Assembly (NCBI GenBank): GCA_965112735.1 | Contig: OZ218961.1 | Location: 3,224,001-3,288,000, forward strand | Direction: 5' to 3' | Source: Phaeosaccion multiseriatum | Taxonomy: Eukaryota > Protista > Ochrophyta, other classes | DNA length: 64,000 nt | Shown: piece by piece, positions 10,864 to 23,325 of the stretch | How the letters are laid out: the number at the start of each line of letters is the position of its first letter | Position numbering within the stretch: position 1 is the stretch's first letter | Made by a program: the position numbers and the translations under genes | The notes under the pieces: model-generated | Database searches by the model: none | The model's input: only the letters and a program-made list of their open reading frames with translations | Told to the model about the DNA's origin: nothing

Positions 10864-12021
10864 TCAATTGCCCTGTGCATTTGAGTTTGCGTGGCGGCTG
10901 GGCGCGGCCTGCACAAGTGGGGCGGCGCTCCCCGACTTGGTGTTGATCTCGTTCATCTCCTTGACGGGCTGCGAGAAGTCTCCCATCACACTCTGGGCCT
11001 GCGCGGCGGCAGCAGGGGCGTTGTTAACCTCCTTGGCCTTGCTGCTGCTGACCTCGCCTTTTCCGCCCTTGCCCCCCCCCACGAGCTTGAGCACAGTGGC
11101 CTCGATGTGGCCGGTGCTGAGGCCGGCCTCCTCGTACTGCTCCGTCTGCGTACCCGCCTCGATGAAGCCCTCGGGCAGCACCATGGGCCGCACCTGACAA
11201 GAGAGGAGAGAGGCACAGAGTAACACACAGGGAGGGAGGGCACACAAGATTGGTTCAGAAGGCGATCGATCGCGACATGACATCACGGAACAAGACAAGA
11301 CGCGGGAGCAAAATCCCCGCCCCCCCACCGGCAAGAGCTGCTCAGGACAGAGTGCAGCAGCGCAGCTTAGAGCAGATGAGAGAGAGAGCGAGAGAGAGAG
11401 AGAGAGAGAGGCATAGCCAAAAGCCCCTATCCCCAGCCCTGCCCATACGCCTTCGCATACGCCTTCCTCCGTGAGCCCCTTTTACCTTGATGCCTCCATC
11501 GTCGAGCAGCCCATCGTGTGCCATGAAGTGAAGCACGTGCTCTCCGAAGCCTCCCACCGTGCCCTCCTCCAGCGTGACCAGCGCCTCGTGCCCCTCTGCA
11601 AGCTCTCGGATCATGTCCTCATCGAGGGGGCGCATGAATCTCGCGTCGGCCACCGTCACGCCCAAGTCGGGATCACTCTCCTCCAAGTGGGCAGCTGCCT
11701 CCTGTTGGGGGGGGGGGGGATTTAGAGGCGTACGGGGAGGAGGACGAGGACGAGGAGGAGGGCAGGGGGTGAGAAAGGTGGACATGGAATGAATCCAATC
11801 CCAAACTCGGCAAGTCTACTTTTTCAATGGACCGTACGCAGTCAGCAGCGGCAGAGCAGCAGCATATGGGCCGGCAGGCAGGCGGCAACGAGCCGAGGTC
11901 GAGCGCGTAGACCACCCCATACGTGGATCACCTACCGTACCACCTCGCCCCCATCCACTGCCATCTACCACCTCGCCCCCCCCCTCCCTGCCGCACACCT
12001 CTGGTCTGCTCCAACCCAACG

Positions 12022-12055
<34 letters not shown>

Positions 12056-13156
12056 CACACACATGCACGCACCAGGCATGACGCCGTTCTTGTGCCCAAG
12101 CTGAGCAGCGCCACCTTTCTCTTGGCCCCCTCCCTGGCCTTCTTGAGGTACCGCCCCTTGCCGATCTCGAGGGCCTGCCCCTTGCTGGGCATCTCGGTGA
12201 TGTCGTAACCGAACAGGTCCTGGAGTTTCTTCAGCCCGTACCCAGCGCCTCGAGGGTAACGCAGCACCGACGGCCTGAGGGGTGCACACACGCACACGCA
12301 CACGGACGGGATGGCAGCACGCACTTGGAGGTTAGTACGGTATACATTGACTGCGGGCTGCCTCCTCCGTCGGACACAACACACAGACACAGACACCCCT
12401 TTGGGCCCCTCTCCTCCTCTTCGAGTGGATGGGTGGGTAAGCCGAGGGTAGAGAGGGCCGAGTGCTGCCCTAACCAACCCGTGGGTGTCTGCCGAGCAAA
12501 GAACCAGGCAGGCAGGCAAGCAGGCAAGCAGGCAAGCAAGCAGGCACGGCCTGACACGGCTCACACCGTCTCTGCATTGCCCACAGCTAACCCTGTGCCT
12601 GTGCTGTGCTGTGCTGTGCTGTGCTGTGCTGTGCTTCCAGGCCAAGACGAGCCCCTCTGCCCTCTCTCCATGAAGGGGAGCAGAGCAGCCCACTGCCCAC
12701 ACATATGGCTGGCTTCGTGGCACGCACGCACGCACCCACACTCTCACTGTCCTAACACTCACACTCACACACTGTCCTTAGGCCTCCCTCTCCTCTTTAC
12801 TCACATGTCGTCTATCGCGTAGCAGGTCTGCAGCATGTTCATGAGCTCTATCTCGTCACTCGGGGCCATGATGACGATGCCCGGAAGGGTGCCCAAGTAA
12901 GCGAGGTCGTAGGACCCGTGGTGTGTGGGGCCTGACAGATACATAGAGTCACAGAGAGTCACAGAGAATAGCAGGGCGAAGCGGGGCATAGCGGGGCATA
13001 GCAGGGCACTCGTGAGCCCTCACTCAAGCACGGGCGGCGGAAGAGAGAGCGCCCAACAAACGTTTCTTGCTCGGCCCTTTGGCTTGCCTTGCCAACCACC
13101 TACCGCCTCTCTCTCTCTCTTTGTTGCGTGTGTCTTACTATCTCTGCCCCCCCCTT

Positions 13157-13188
<32 letters not shown>

Positions 13189-16100
13189 CTTCCTCACTCA
13201 CCGTCGTTGCCCACCAGTCCCGCTCTGTCCATGATTAACCTCACAGGCAGCTTCTGAATCACCACATCGTGCACAATCTGGTCGTAGGCCCTCTGCATGA
13301 AGGTGCTGTAGATGCAGCAGAAGGGCTTGAGGCCTTCCACTGCCATCCCTGCGGCGAAGGTCACGGCGTGTTGCTCCGCAATACCCACATCGTAGGTGCG
13401 CTTAGGAAAGCGACTGAGGACCGCAACAGAGGGACAGCGGGACAGAGGAAGGGACGGGCAGACAGACAGGCAGGCAGGCAGACAGACAGACGAAGGCCAG
13501 GGTCAGAGGGCGCGAGGGAGATGGGAAGTACGGCTCGGGGCACACACACATACACATACACATGCACATGCATGAGGAGGGCATGAGGAGGGCAGAGAGA
13601 ACAGCTTGGACCTTAAGGTTCAGGCAGTGGAGGACGGCACAGGAGGAGAAGAGAGGGCGGCTCCGCCCAGCCCCTCCACATCATTCACCCATCTGAGCAC
13701 CTCCGACCTTCGAATACCGACCCAACCCAACTCACCCCACCCCACCCCACCCCCAACACTCACCGTCCGAACATGTCCATGCCCGTTCCTCCCGGCATGG
13801 CCGCGGTGATGCCCACGACGTCCTTGTCCTCCGCAGCGATGCCGATGAGCGTGTTGGCGAACACAGACGTCAAGGAAGGGTGCTTGGAGGGCGACTGGGC
13901 GGACGGAGGGAAGGAAGAGTGAGGCATCGAGCGTTGTGATGAGATGGAGTGAGGGGATGGGGAAGAGGGGGCTAAAGGACGCGTGCTTGAACGGCAGCTT
14001 GGGAGGGAGGGAGGGAGGGAGGGAGGGACGAGTGGTTTGTGCTAGGAGGGGTACAAGGTAGGCCAGGAAGGGACCCTCCCCTCCCACCCACCCACCCACC
14101 CACCCACGCTCTCTCTCTGTGTCTCTCTCTCACCTTGAACTGCTTGCCCGAGGCGACATCGAACTTGGCTACACCGTGGTACTTGTCAGAGGCGGCCATG
14201 GCGGGGGGGTAGCCCATGCCCTGTGTGTGCGTGCGTGCGTGTGTGCGTCAGCGGTCGGAGTAGTGTAGAGGCACACGGGGCGAGCATGAGAAAGTGAGGT
14301 GAGTGAGTGAGTGAGTGAGTGAGTCCCTCAGTGGATGAGTGAGTGCTTGCGTGCCTGCGCCGCCCACCTTCTCTGTCTTGACGTGCAGCAGCACGGGCTT
14401 GTTGGAGGGGCTGTCTCTGATGTTCTGCAGAATGGGCACGAGGTTGTCAAGGTCGTGACCGTCCACAGGCCCGACATAGAAGTAGCCCAGCTCCTCGAAC
14501 AGGGTGCCACCCGTCACGATTCCTGGAGGGGATGGAGCACGGTGGGAGAGAGGGGGACGAGGAGGGGGAGAGGGTGAGGGTGAGGGCGAGGGTGTGTGGG
14601 TATGCGTGCTAGCTCAGAGGAGTGTGAGCGGTATGAGCAAGGTTCTAACAAGGGGGGGGGCTGTGTGTGTGCGCGCGTGTGCGTGTGCGTATGTATGCGT
14701 CAGAGAGAGAGAGGAAGGAGGTGGGCAGCGAGCGGCTTGTCCTGGCTTGCTAGCGCTGGAGTCCGATACCTCAGTCTATCCCTCCCCTGCCTCACTCACC
14801 CCTGGCGTACTGGTCGATCTTGGCGTTGGCGTTTCGGATGTTCTCCGGGAAGAGCTTGTTAAGCGCCTTGACGGTGTCCCGCACGTTCTTGAAGGGCTTG
14901 GAAGAGATGAGGCGCCCCGTGTAGGAAGATAGCGCCCCCGCAGGCACCACGCCGCCCGCAGAGTGCGTTCCAGTGGGCAGGGACACCTAAGAGAGCAACA
15001 GAGAGTTGATTGTTGTGTTGTCGCGTGTCAGGTGCCATCTCTTCGTTTCGTTTGATCGTCCGCAGCCCATCACACCACACCGCCCCTCCCACCCTCCCCA
15101 CCCCTTCCAACGGTACGTTAACGGTAACGGTACCTGTCCGTTGTCGTTGAGGATGACAAGGCTGCGCTGGTGCAGATAGCCCGCGTTGTTCATGGCCTCG
15201 AAGGCCATGCCGCCCGTGATGGCCCCGTCCCCGATGACAGCGATGCAGTTGTTATCCTCGGGCTTGCGGCCCTTCATCTGCTTGCCCACGGACATGCCCA
15301 ATGCGGCGCTGATGGAGGTGGTGCTGTGCCCAGCGCCGAAGCAATCGTACTCACTCTCGGACCTGCACGTGTTAGGTGGAGATGGAGGAAGATGGGTCGG
15401 GAGGGGAGGCGGGAGAGGGGGTGGCGCAAAGGGGTGAGGAGAGAGGAGGGTGAAGACGCAAAGCATCACCCAACCCCGTATGGTTGCTCCGATGGCAGTC
15501 GATGGCGGTGGCAAACCCCCCAGCCGGCACCCATCCGAAGGGGTTTGCAGAGGGTCGGTAGAGCAGCCCCCTTCCCCGTCCCCTTCCCCTTCCCCTGCAG
15601 CCCTCCTCAGTCGGATTGGAGACGCCGGTGCTGCTCCGCGCTTCCCTCGCCTGCCCTCGCTTCCGGGGTGAGTGGGGCCTTCTCTTCACCCTCTTCCCTC
15701 TCTCCCCACTAAGGGCCCTCCCTCTGACGCCTCAGTCTCACCACGGAATACCCCAAACGTGCTCCTCGGCAGCAAAGCGACCACAGAATGCACAGACACT
15801 TCGACACTTACCGCTTGGCAAAGCCGCTGAGCCCCCCCGACTGCCTAAGCGAGTGCATGCGGTCCCTCCTGCCCGTGAGGATCTTGTGGGGGTACACTTG
15901 GTGGGACACATCCCTGGGAGGGGAGGGAGGGGAGGGAGAGGGGGGGTTAGGGCGGTGTGGTTCCTCACTAGCACCTCGGCTGTGGCAGCAACGCTGGCTG
16001 TGCACACAACCGACTTGACTTGACTTCTAACTCAAGCTTAACTATCGAGTGAGTGACTGGTTGACTGCGCTGCTGAGGCAAATGATGGCACTTACCAAAT

Positions 16101-17059
16101 GATCTTGTCCTCTGGTGCGTTATACACGTGGTGCAGCGCCACGGTGAGCTCAATGACTCCCAAGGAAGAGCCCAAATGCCCCCCTGTCTTGGACACAGCC
16201 TGGTGCCAAACAGCAACAATCAGTTACGTCCCGACAAGAGAGAGGGCAGAGGCAAGTCCAACAGAGGGGGTGAGATGGTGATTCGGGAGAATTCAGTGGG
16301 AGGCCACAGCGGAGAGCTGCACTTCACCAGCCTTCCTTCCTTGCGCCCTTGAGCAGAGTGCAGAGGAGGGAGGGGACGCGTGGAAGGACTACCGTGCTCC
16401 ACTTCACTTGGTGCAAGGGTGCACCGAGTGAGTGCAGCCAAGATGCATGAAGATACCTTCAAGGGGGCTGAGCTGAGCTGCACCCCCACGGGTTGTGCTA
16501 CCCCACAAGTTGAACCTTGCACAACCCACGTGCGGTGCACCCCCTGCATTTCCCCTATACGCCTGAGAAGGGCCCTTCCTAGTCCCAATCCCGGCACCCA
16601 CCAGCCCCAGGGTCACGCAGTGAGTGAGTCCCACGCACGCACCTCCAGAGTCTCCCACCGGAGCTCGTGGGCGAGCTGCTTGAGTTCCGCGATGGACAAG
16701 TTGTTCATGTCCGAGGGACTGTTGACCTTGTCCAGCAGGGGCTTGCTGGCGGGGCCATAGTAGCCCCCCTCGCTGGCCGCCGCCAGCACAGGGCCGGCCC
16801 GGCTTCGCCTCTGCAGTACACCCGGCTGTCCTCGCCACCGACAAGCGGAACCCCCCCTCGCCCTGACCTGAGACTGCCTGCCATGCCTACCGCCACTGCA
16901 GCTGCTGATGCTACTGCTGCTGCTACCGCAGTCGCCTTTATGTGCGTGTTGGAGGCCCGAAGTGCTTCCCCCCACTGAGCCAGACACTGAGAAGGCGGCG
17001 ACTGAGGTCGTGCCCGCGATGGCAGCAACCCCCACCGCCAACGCACTCGCCTTAACCAT
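10864..17059 (-). CDS. DXS: 1-deoxy-D-xylulose 5-phosphate synthase, plastid-targeted, ~13 coding exons
   Basis: Exons encode [104 protein letters not shown] and DARFMRPLD; N-terminal signal peptide followed by VAAF. Confidence 0.97.
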
Positions 17060-17529
17060 TGCTGCGGCCTGCAGAGGGAAATCCGGTGATGGCGGAGAGG
17101 AGAGAGTAGATCTACCTGGTTATTTGACTTCGCAGCGGGTGGCAGCAGAGTATTGGGCCGCAGAGGTATCACACAACGAGCGTAAGTGAGCAACGAACGT
17201 GTTAAATCAGAGCTTTTGTTCGTCAAGCAGCGGCCCCGCCAAGACTTACCAAGGATCCTCCCTACTCTCCTGCCCTTTTTCTCGTCCTCTCTCTCTTCTA
17301 TGCGGCCTGTCCTCCCTTACTTGTACCCTCTCCTCATCAATCTCCCTCTGTAGGATTCAGGGCAAGAAAATCATGTAACGAAAGTCCACCCCGGGGGAGT
17401 TGCATGGGCCAGGGCCACCCCTCGGGTTGCCTCCCTTAGCCGCAGAGTTAACTTCCTCGAAAAAAAACACCCACTGAACGACTGGAGAGGCTCACACTCC
17501 CTTCTCGTCTTCATCACTGCATAGAGAAC

Positions 17530-19444
17530 ATGGCTAACTTCGACCTCTCCACGGAGGAGCAGTGCCTCGCTTTGTAAGTGGCAAAGAGCGGCGCTCCAAA
17601 GGGTTGTGACTCCCCTCTCTTTCCCTCTCTCTCTCTGCAGCAACCTGCACCCATGCTTCGCTGTGCAGCTCTCTTGTGTGGAGTTATCCACCATGCGGCT
17701 TTCACTGTTGGCTGAGTGATTCTCTGCGCTTCCCAGGATGGCGAATTCCGTACGTGGAGTGAGAGCGAGACACCCCTCCCCCCCAAGGGCCCCACCTCCC
17801 GCTGTCAAGCACCCTAATGTTCACCCCTCTTCTGCTGCTGTGTGTTGCGTTGGATCCGCAGGAGCTTCGCTCTGGGCCAGGCTGGAGGGGCAGCGGGGGG
17901 AGCAGCAGGAGGGGGGAAGGGGAAGAAGGCCAAGGCACCAAAGCCCGCCAAGAAGGATGATGACGATGTAAGTCGGTCTCTTACTCCCTTTAGCCAGTGC
18001 CTGTCTCTGTCTCTGCTTCCCTTCACAGGGTGACTCGCAGCCATATCAGCATCTTTTTCTCTCGTACACCCGAGGTGCTGTGTGTTCAGCCACTTATCCC
18101 CCCGCTCTGCTCTTGACTTCACCGAGTGATCACTCACAGCCGTCTCCATGCTCAGCCACCCTGACGCCCGCCTCCCTCCCCCCCCTTCCCACGTCCACTC
18201 ACTCAGATGGATGACCTGTTCGGCGATGACGACGCCCCTGCCGAGGGTGCCGACAAGGGCCCGAGCCGCGCTGAGAAGATTGCCGCTGCCAAGGCAGCCA
18301 AGGACGCTGCCAAGAAGCCCGAGAAGGTGAGGACTGGCAGTGAGCGGGGACTGACAGTGGGCCGAGCACGTCCCCAAACAGGGAGTTATCCTCCTCATGG
18401 CCATCCCCTCCTCCTTCTCCTCCCACCACCTACCCACCACTTGTCCGAATCTGAACTCCCGAGGGCGCCCAACTCTCTTGACCGTGCACTCAATTCCGAA
18501 ACGGAAACCTGTCCCGCTCTCTACTGTTTCTGCCTTGCTCTCTCTGCTGTCTCTCCCTTGTTTCCCACCCTCCCGCCCCTCGCAGGTGCAAAAGACACAG
18601 ATTGTGTTCGAGGTGAAGCCCTGGGACACCGAAATCGACCTGCTGGCGATGTACGAGAAGGTTCGGGCAACCAAGTGCATGGAGGGCATGCAGTGGGGAG
18701 AGGCAGCGAAGCTCGTGCCCGTGGCCTTCGGCATCAAGAAGCTGGTCGTCTCATGCGTAAGTGCAAGCAGACGGACAGACAGGGAGGAAAGGACGGGAGG
18801 AAAGGAAGGAAGGAAGGAGGGAGGGAGGGCTATTCTCTCCTCTCTTGCGCCAATGGCCTGACTTTCTACCCCGTGCCCGCGGCTCTGTCAACCTCTCCCC
18901 ATCCATCCACTGCCCCCCCCCCCCTCAGGTGGTGGTAGACGACTTGGTCGGCGTGGACGACTGCACGGACTGTGAGTGGAGTGGAGTGGAGTGCCATCCT
19001 ACCCACATATCTGCTTCAGAGGCTGGCAGTGGGGTGTGGGGTCCTTGCGTGACTACTCTTGGCTCGTGTTTACGTGCTTTGTCTGTGCTCGTAGTGCACT
19101 CGCCGCTGGGCATGCTCGGCTCGGCTCTGTTTCTTGTGTCTGGCCCCGTGTTTGCATCCCTGACACGCTCTCGCCCCTCTGCCGCCTTGGTGTTTTGTTT
19201 TGTTGTGCTGTTGTGCCTATGTCGTCGCCATTTGACAGTGCTGGAGTCCTTCACGGAGGAGGTGCAATCGGTTGAGATGACAACAATGAACAGGTGAGAT
19301 ACGGCATCAGAGAACTCGGCCTCGATTTTGTGCCTGTTGCGGTCTGCTCCACTTGTCGGTCCCGCTACATAGCCCACTCACTCCCCGTGTTGCTCCACGC
19401 TTGCTTCGTCCTCGCCCCTCGTCATCCACAAACACAGGCTCTAG
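17530..19444 (+). CDS. EEF1B: Translation elongation factor 1-beta (short N-terminus form)
   Basis: Approximate exons 17530-17573, 17862-17967, 18207-18326, 18586-18756, 18929-18971, 19239-19293 and 19438-19444 give DDDMDDLFGDDD...QIVFEVKPWDTE...KLVPVAFGIKKL...EEVQSVEMTTMNRL. Confidence 0.92.
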
Positions 19445-19853
19445 ATTTATATTAATTTTAACATCAGCAGTGAACATGAAAAAAAAGAAAAAAAGTTTAA
19501 CCCGCTGAGGAGTGTTGCTTTGGTCGGCGGATGGCCGTGTGCCCAGGCAGAACAGATTACAGCCCCCTTTATAGCCCTTGTGGAGGACTCTGAGTGTCCA
19601 TGGACCAGAGGGAGTGGTCACGTTCTGGGGCCCTCACCGGAAATAAGAACCCTCTCCTCTGCGTCCCCCGAGCGAAGGAGCAGGGCCGTCTTTGCACCTC
19701 CTTTGCACCCCCCTCCCGCACCCATGCACCAAAGACCACCGTGGGGCCGGGCCGGGCAGCCCCGTCCGTCCTGTCTCCCGAGGCAGAACGTAATGCTCCG
19801 CCACTGCTGCTCCTGCCCCAGGCCTCATAGCTTGTATAGCCGTGCACGCCTGC

Positions 19854-20363
19854 TCAGGGGGCGAGGCGCTCCACTTCACTGACGTATTCCGTCATGGCGT
19901 CCTCCTTGCTCTTGCCCTCCTTGCCCTTCCACGTATCCCACTTGGCCTTGCCCTTGGCGTCGAAGAAGCCTAGCAGCAGCCACAGTCGCGTAGGGGGGGA
20001 GGTTGGGAGCGAAAGAGGGAAGCAGAGGGACGTAAGAGATGGGTGGTGGTATTGCTTTTGCTCGAAGGGCCCGAGAAAATGGGACGGAATCCTCACCTGG
20101 TCGCTCGGTGTTCACATCTCCGACTGTGGCTTGCTTGTACAGGGCGTAGAGGTTCTGGCATGGAAGGAGAGAGAGAGGGAGAGACGGGAAGGAGAGAGAG
20201 AAGAGATGGAGAGAGGCGAAGCAGAAAATGAGAAGAGAGGGAGAGAGGACAGACGACGGAAGAAATGCTGATTGCACGGGCTTACCAGCTTATCCTCATT
20301 GGAGGGCACGTCCACGGTCTTGATCTTCTCCGCGGACGCGTTGAACTTCTCCTCCAAAGACAT
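19854..20363 (-). CDS. ACBP: Acyl-CoA-binding protein, 3 coding exons
   Basis: [15 protein letters not shown]...SNEDKL|[19 protein letters not shown]|[30 protein letters not shown]. Confidence 0.95.
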
Positions 20364-20636
20364 GAGGAAGCAGGGGCAAGAAGTGGTGAGGGGGAGAGGG
20401 GGAGAAGGGCAAGAGAGGAGAAAGAAGGAAGAGAAATATATAGAGCAAGTCGAATTTATTTTTCGACGTACGAGGTCTTCTACAACACAAATCATACACA
20501 CCTCTCTTCACTTTTTAGGGGTTTGATTGTTGTGTTTGTGCCCTCCCCACACCACTTCAGCCCCACCACCGTTCTATCTGTCTCTTATTGTTTGCTGCTT
20601 GTGAAGGCGGAGCGAAGAGGCCCGGGGTGCGGTAGA

Positions 20637-22489
20637 ATGGCCAAAGGAGGGAAGAAGAAGGGAGGGAAGGGGGGAGGAGGCAAGGACAGACATACAAATG
20701 GAGCCAACGCGGAGAACCTGGACGGACTTGATGCCCTTCTAGAAGAGCACATGGCGAGGGTGGAGAAGGAAGTGGCCGAGGAGGAGGAGAAGAAGAGGGA
20801 AGAGGAGAAGAAGCGGCCACCACTGACGGGGGCCGAGAATGCCATGATCGGCATGCGTGGCTTCACGCAAGCGACGGAGAACCCGCAGGTTGGTCCGGTG
20901 AAGAGCAGACGGGGAACAAGGGGGAGGAGAGAGATTGTTGTGGGCTCGAGCGACTCCTCCCCCGAGAGGGAGTCGTGAAAGGCGCCGAGACGGTGTGAAG
21001 GGGCACAGGGACGAAGAGACCGGAGGAAGCTCAGACTCTCGCGGGTGGATAGCTTTGGTGCGACAGGGTGATACTGGCCCACGTCAGGTGTTACGGATCA
21101 ATTAGGCCCGCTTCTGACCCTCTTGCCCAGTCGGAGAGCAACAGGGGGGTGTATATGGACGAGGGAACGAAGGTCCGGCAGTCCACAAAGGACGCAGTTA
21201 GGGCAGCCGGCCACACACTCGGTACACACTCGGCTGCTGTTTGAGCTGCAGAATGGATCCTTGCTTGAGCGAGAGGGCGTATCCTACGCGGGGGGGGCGG
21301 GGGCGGAGGGGTGAAACTGCGCTCGAGTGAGGCAGCCAACGCGTGTCCGTGGAGGAGATAGGTACAGCCCTTCAGTAGAAATGACCCCAACCCCCTCCCC
21401 CACCCTCTCCTCCCCACTTCCCTTGCGCACTGTGTGTGCGCAGATGTTCGCGGAGGCGCTCGGCATGCTCAACGACCCCGAGGCCGTGAAGGAGGCGGAG
21501 ACCATGATGAACGACCCGGAGTTCAAGGCCTCCATTCAGCAGTACATGGGCCAGGTGAGTGGCGAGGGGCGGGTGGGGGGGGTGAGGCCGATGCTGTGAG
21601 TGTGCGCTGTGCGTGTGTGTGCGCGCATCTGTATGTGCTTGAGTGTGCGCTGTGCGTGTGTGTGCGCGCATCTGTATGTGCTTGAGTGTGCGCTGTGCGT
21701 GTGTGTGCGCGCATCTGTATGTGCTTGAGTGTGCGCTGTGCGTGTGTGTGTGTGTGCGCGCGCGTGTGTGTGAATATTTGTATGCGTGTGTTTGTGTTTG
21801 TGTGTCTGAGTGCTGGAACCATGCTATGCCCGGTACTCCGTCTCAGCAGTAGTGCTGCCCTCCGCCCCCTCGTCCACACTACGGTTGGTCTGCTCTGGTC
21901 TGGTCTGGTCTGGTCTACTATGCCCCGCTCTGCTCTGGTTTGGGCCTGTTTGGGCCTCTCTTGTCGCTGACTCCCTCCCCCTCCCCCCCCCCCTCTGTGT
22001 GCCCCGCAGCTGAAGCAGAACCCCGGCTTCGTGCAGGCCATGGCACAGGCACAGACCAAGTACCAGGTAGGGTAGCACGGTACCGCATGGGAACTGCACG
22101 CCCATATGCTCTTTGCTGTGCACGAGATCGATCCCACCAGGCCCTTTCATCTCCTGTCGCCATGCCTCCCTCCCTCCCTCCCTCCCTCCCTCCCTCCCTC
22201 CCTCCCTTTCTCACTCCCTCTCTTCCTCCTCCCTCCCTCCCTTCCCCTCCTCCCTCGACCCCTCCGCCCCCAGGAGCTTGTGCAGGATCCCGACAAGCTG
22301 TCTGAGATCCAAGAGCAGTACTCCACACTGCTCAAGGGTGGTGAGGGGGCGGACGAGGCGGCGAAAGCACTGGCAGCTCATCGCCATGGAGTCCCGGCGG
22401 CCGAGGGCAGCGAGACCGGGGGGGAGGCCGGGGTAGCAGCAGCGGCAGCATCAGCAGCGCAAGGTGTGGAGGCTCCCACAGTGGACTGA
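20637..22489 (+). CDS. STI1/DP-repeat domain protein, 4 exons
   Basis: Phase-0 exons join ENPQ|MFAEALGMLNDPEAVKEAETMMNDPEFKASIQQYMGQ|LKQNPGFVQAM...|ELVQDPDKL; Met-rich DP/NP repeats. Confidence 0.7.
21598..21750. repeat. 43-bp intronic tandem repeat x ~3.5
   Basis: GAGTGTGCGCTGTGCGTGTGTGTGCGCGCATCTGTATGTGCTT at 21598, 21641, 21684 and partially at 21727. Confidence 0.95.
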
Positions 22490-23325
22490 GCAGGACAGCT
22501 GAAGAGAAGAAGGCTGGAGGGAAGACAGCTGACGAGAAGGCAGCTGAAGACAGCTTCACAGGGAGAGTCAAGCAGGGCCGGAGGAGACGAGGAGAGGAGA
22601 TGTGTGTGCCCTATGTGCTGTGCCAAGGCTCTCTGCTGCGCTGCACGGCGCCGCACGGCAGTGATGGGATGGCACCGGATGGCACCGGTGGGAGGGCGTT
22701 TATTTAATCAGCCCCCAGAAAATGTAAGTTAGTTTCAACTTAGTTTCTTAACAGATAGACATTCTAAAATACAGTATTTCTTGGAGAAGAAGATGGAAGG
22801 GAATGGCCGACTGCTGCCCCCATCCGTCGGTAGTCGGTAGTCGCTACACCGCCATGGCAGGGAATTGGCCTAGCCTTGCTCTGCCTTGCTCTGCCGTGCC
22901 TTACACATGTTCACACAGATAGGCCTTTCTTCTCTCCTTCCTTTCTTCTTTTCGTTCATTCTTCCTTGCTCCCCGTGTACGTTTGTCCTTTCCCTACAAG
23001 AGTGCCCTTGCCCTGGCCCTAACACCGTTACATTCATTTTCTAAGTCATGTGGGGGCGAGCAAGAGAGGAGAAGAGTGTCGCTTCGTCGCTTGCCCCCCC
23101 CCCTTAGCAAGGAGGCCACACACACCATAAGTTACCATCGAGAGTGACGGAACGTCGCGCCGATCGATACCTTTCCTACCCACCACCTATCTACCCACCT
23201 ACCTACCTATCTACCGTCCACCCAGGGCCGCACTCAACCCCACCCCACCAAGTCCCGCACTCCGGTCCTCAGTGACCACAGGTACGTAAGAGAAATACGT
23301 AATAGTTAGGCACATTCTATCGTCC

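Noticed and set aside
17641-17861. Frameshifted GST-like eEF1B N-terminal domain (QLSCVE, KHPNVH, RWIR pieces) implying non-canonical micro-introns
   Set aside because: A single canonical intron 17574-17861 gives a clean frame, so the fragments are more simply chance or relic similarity.
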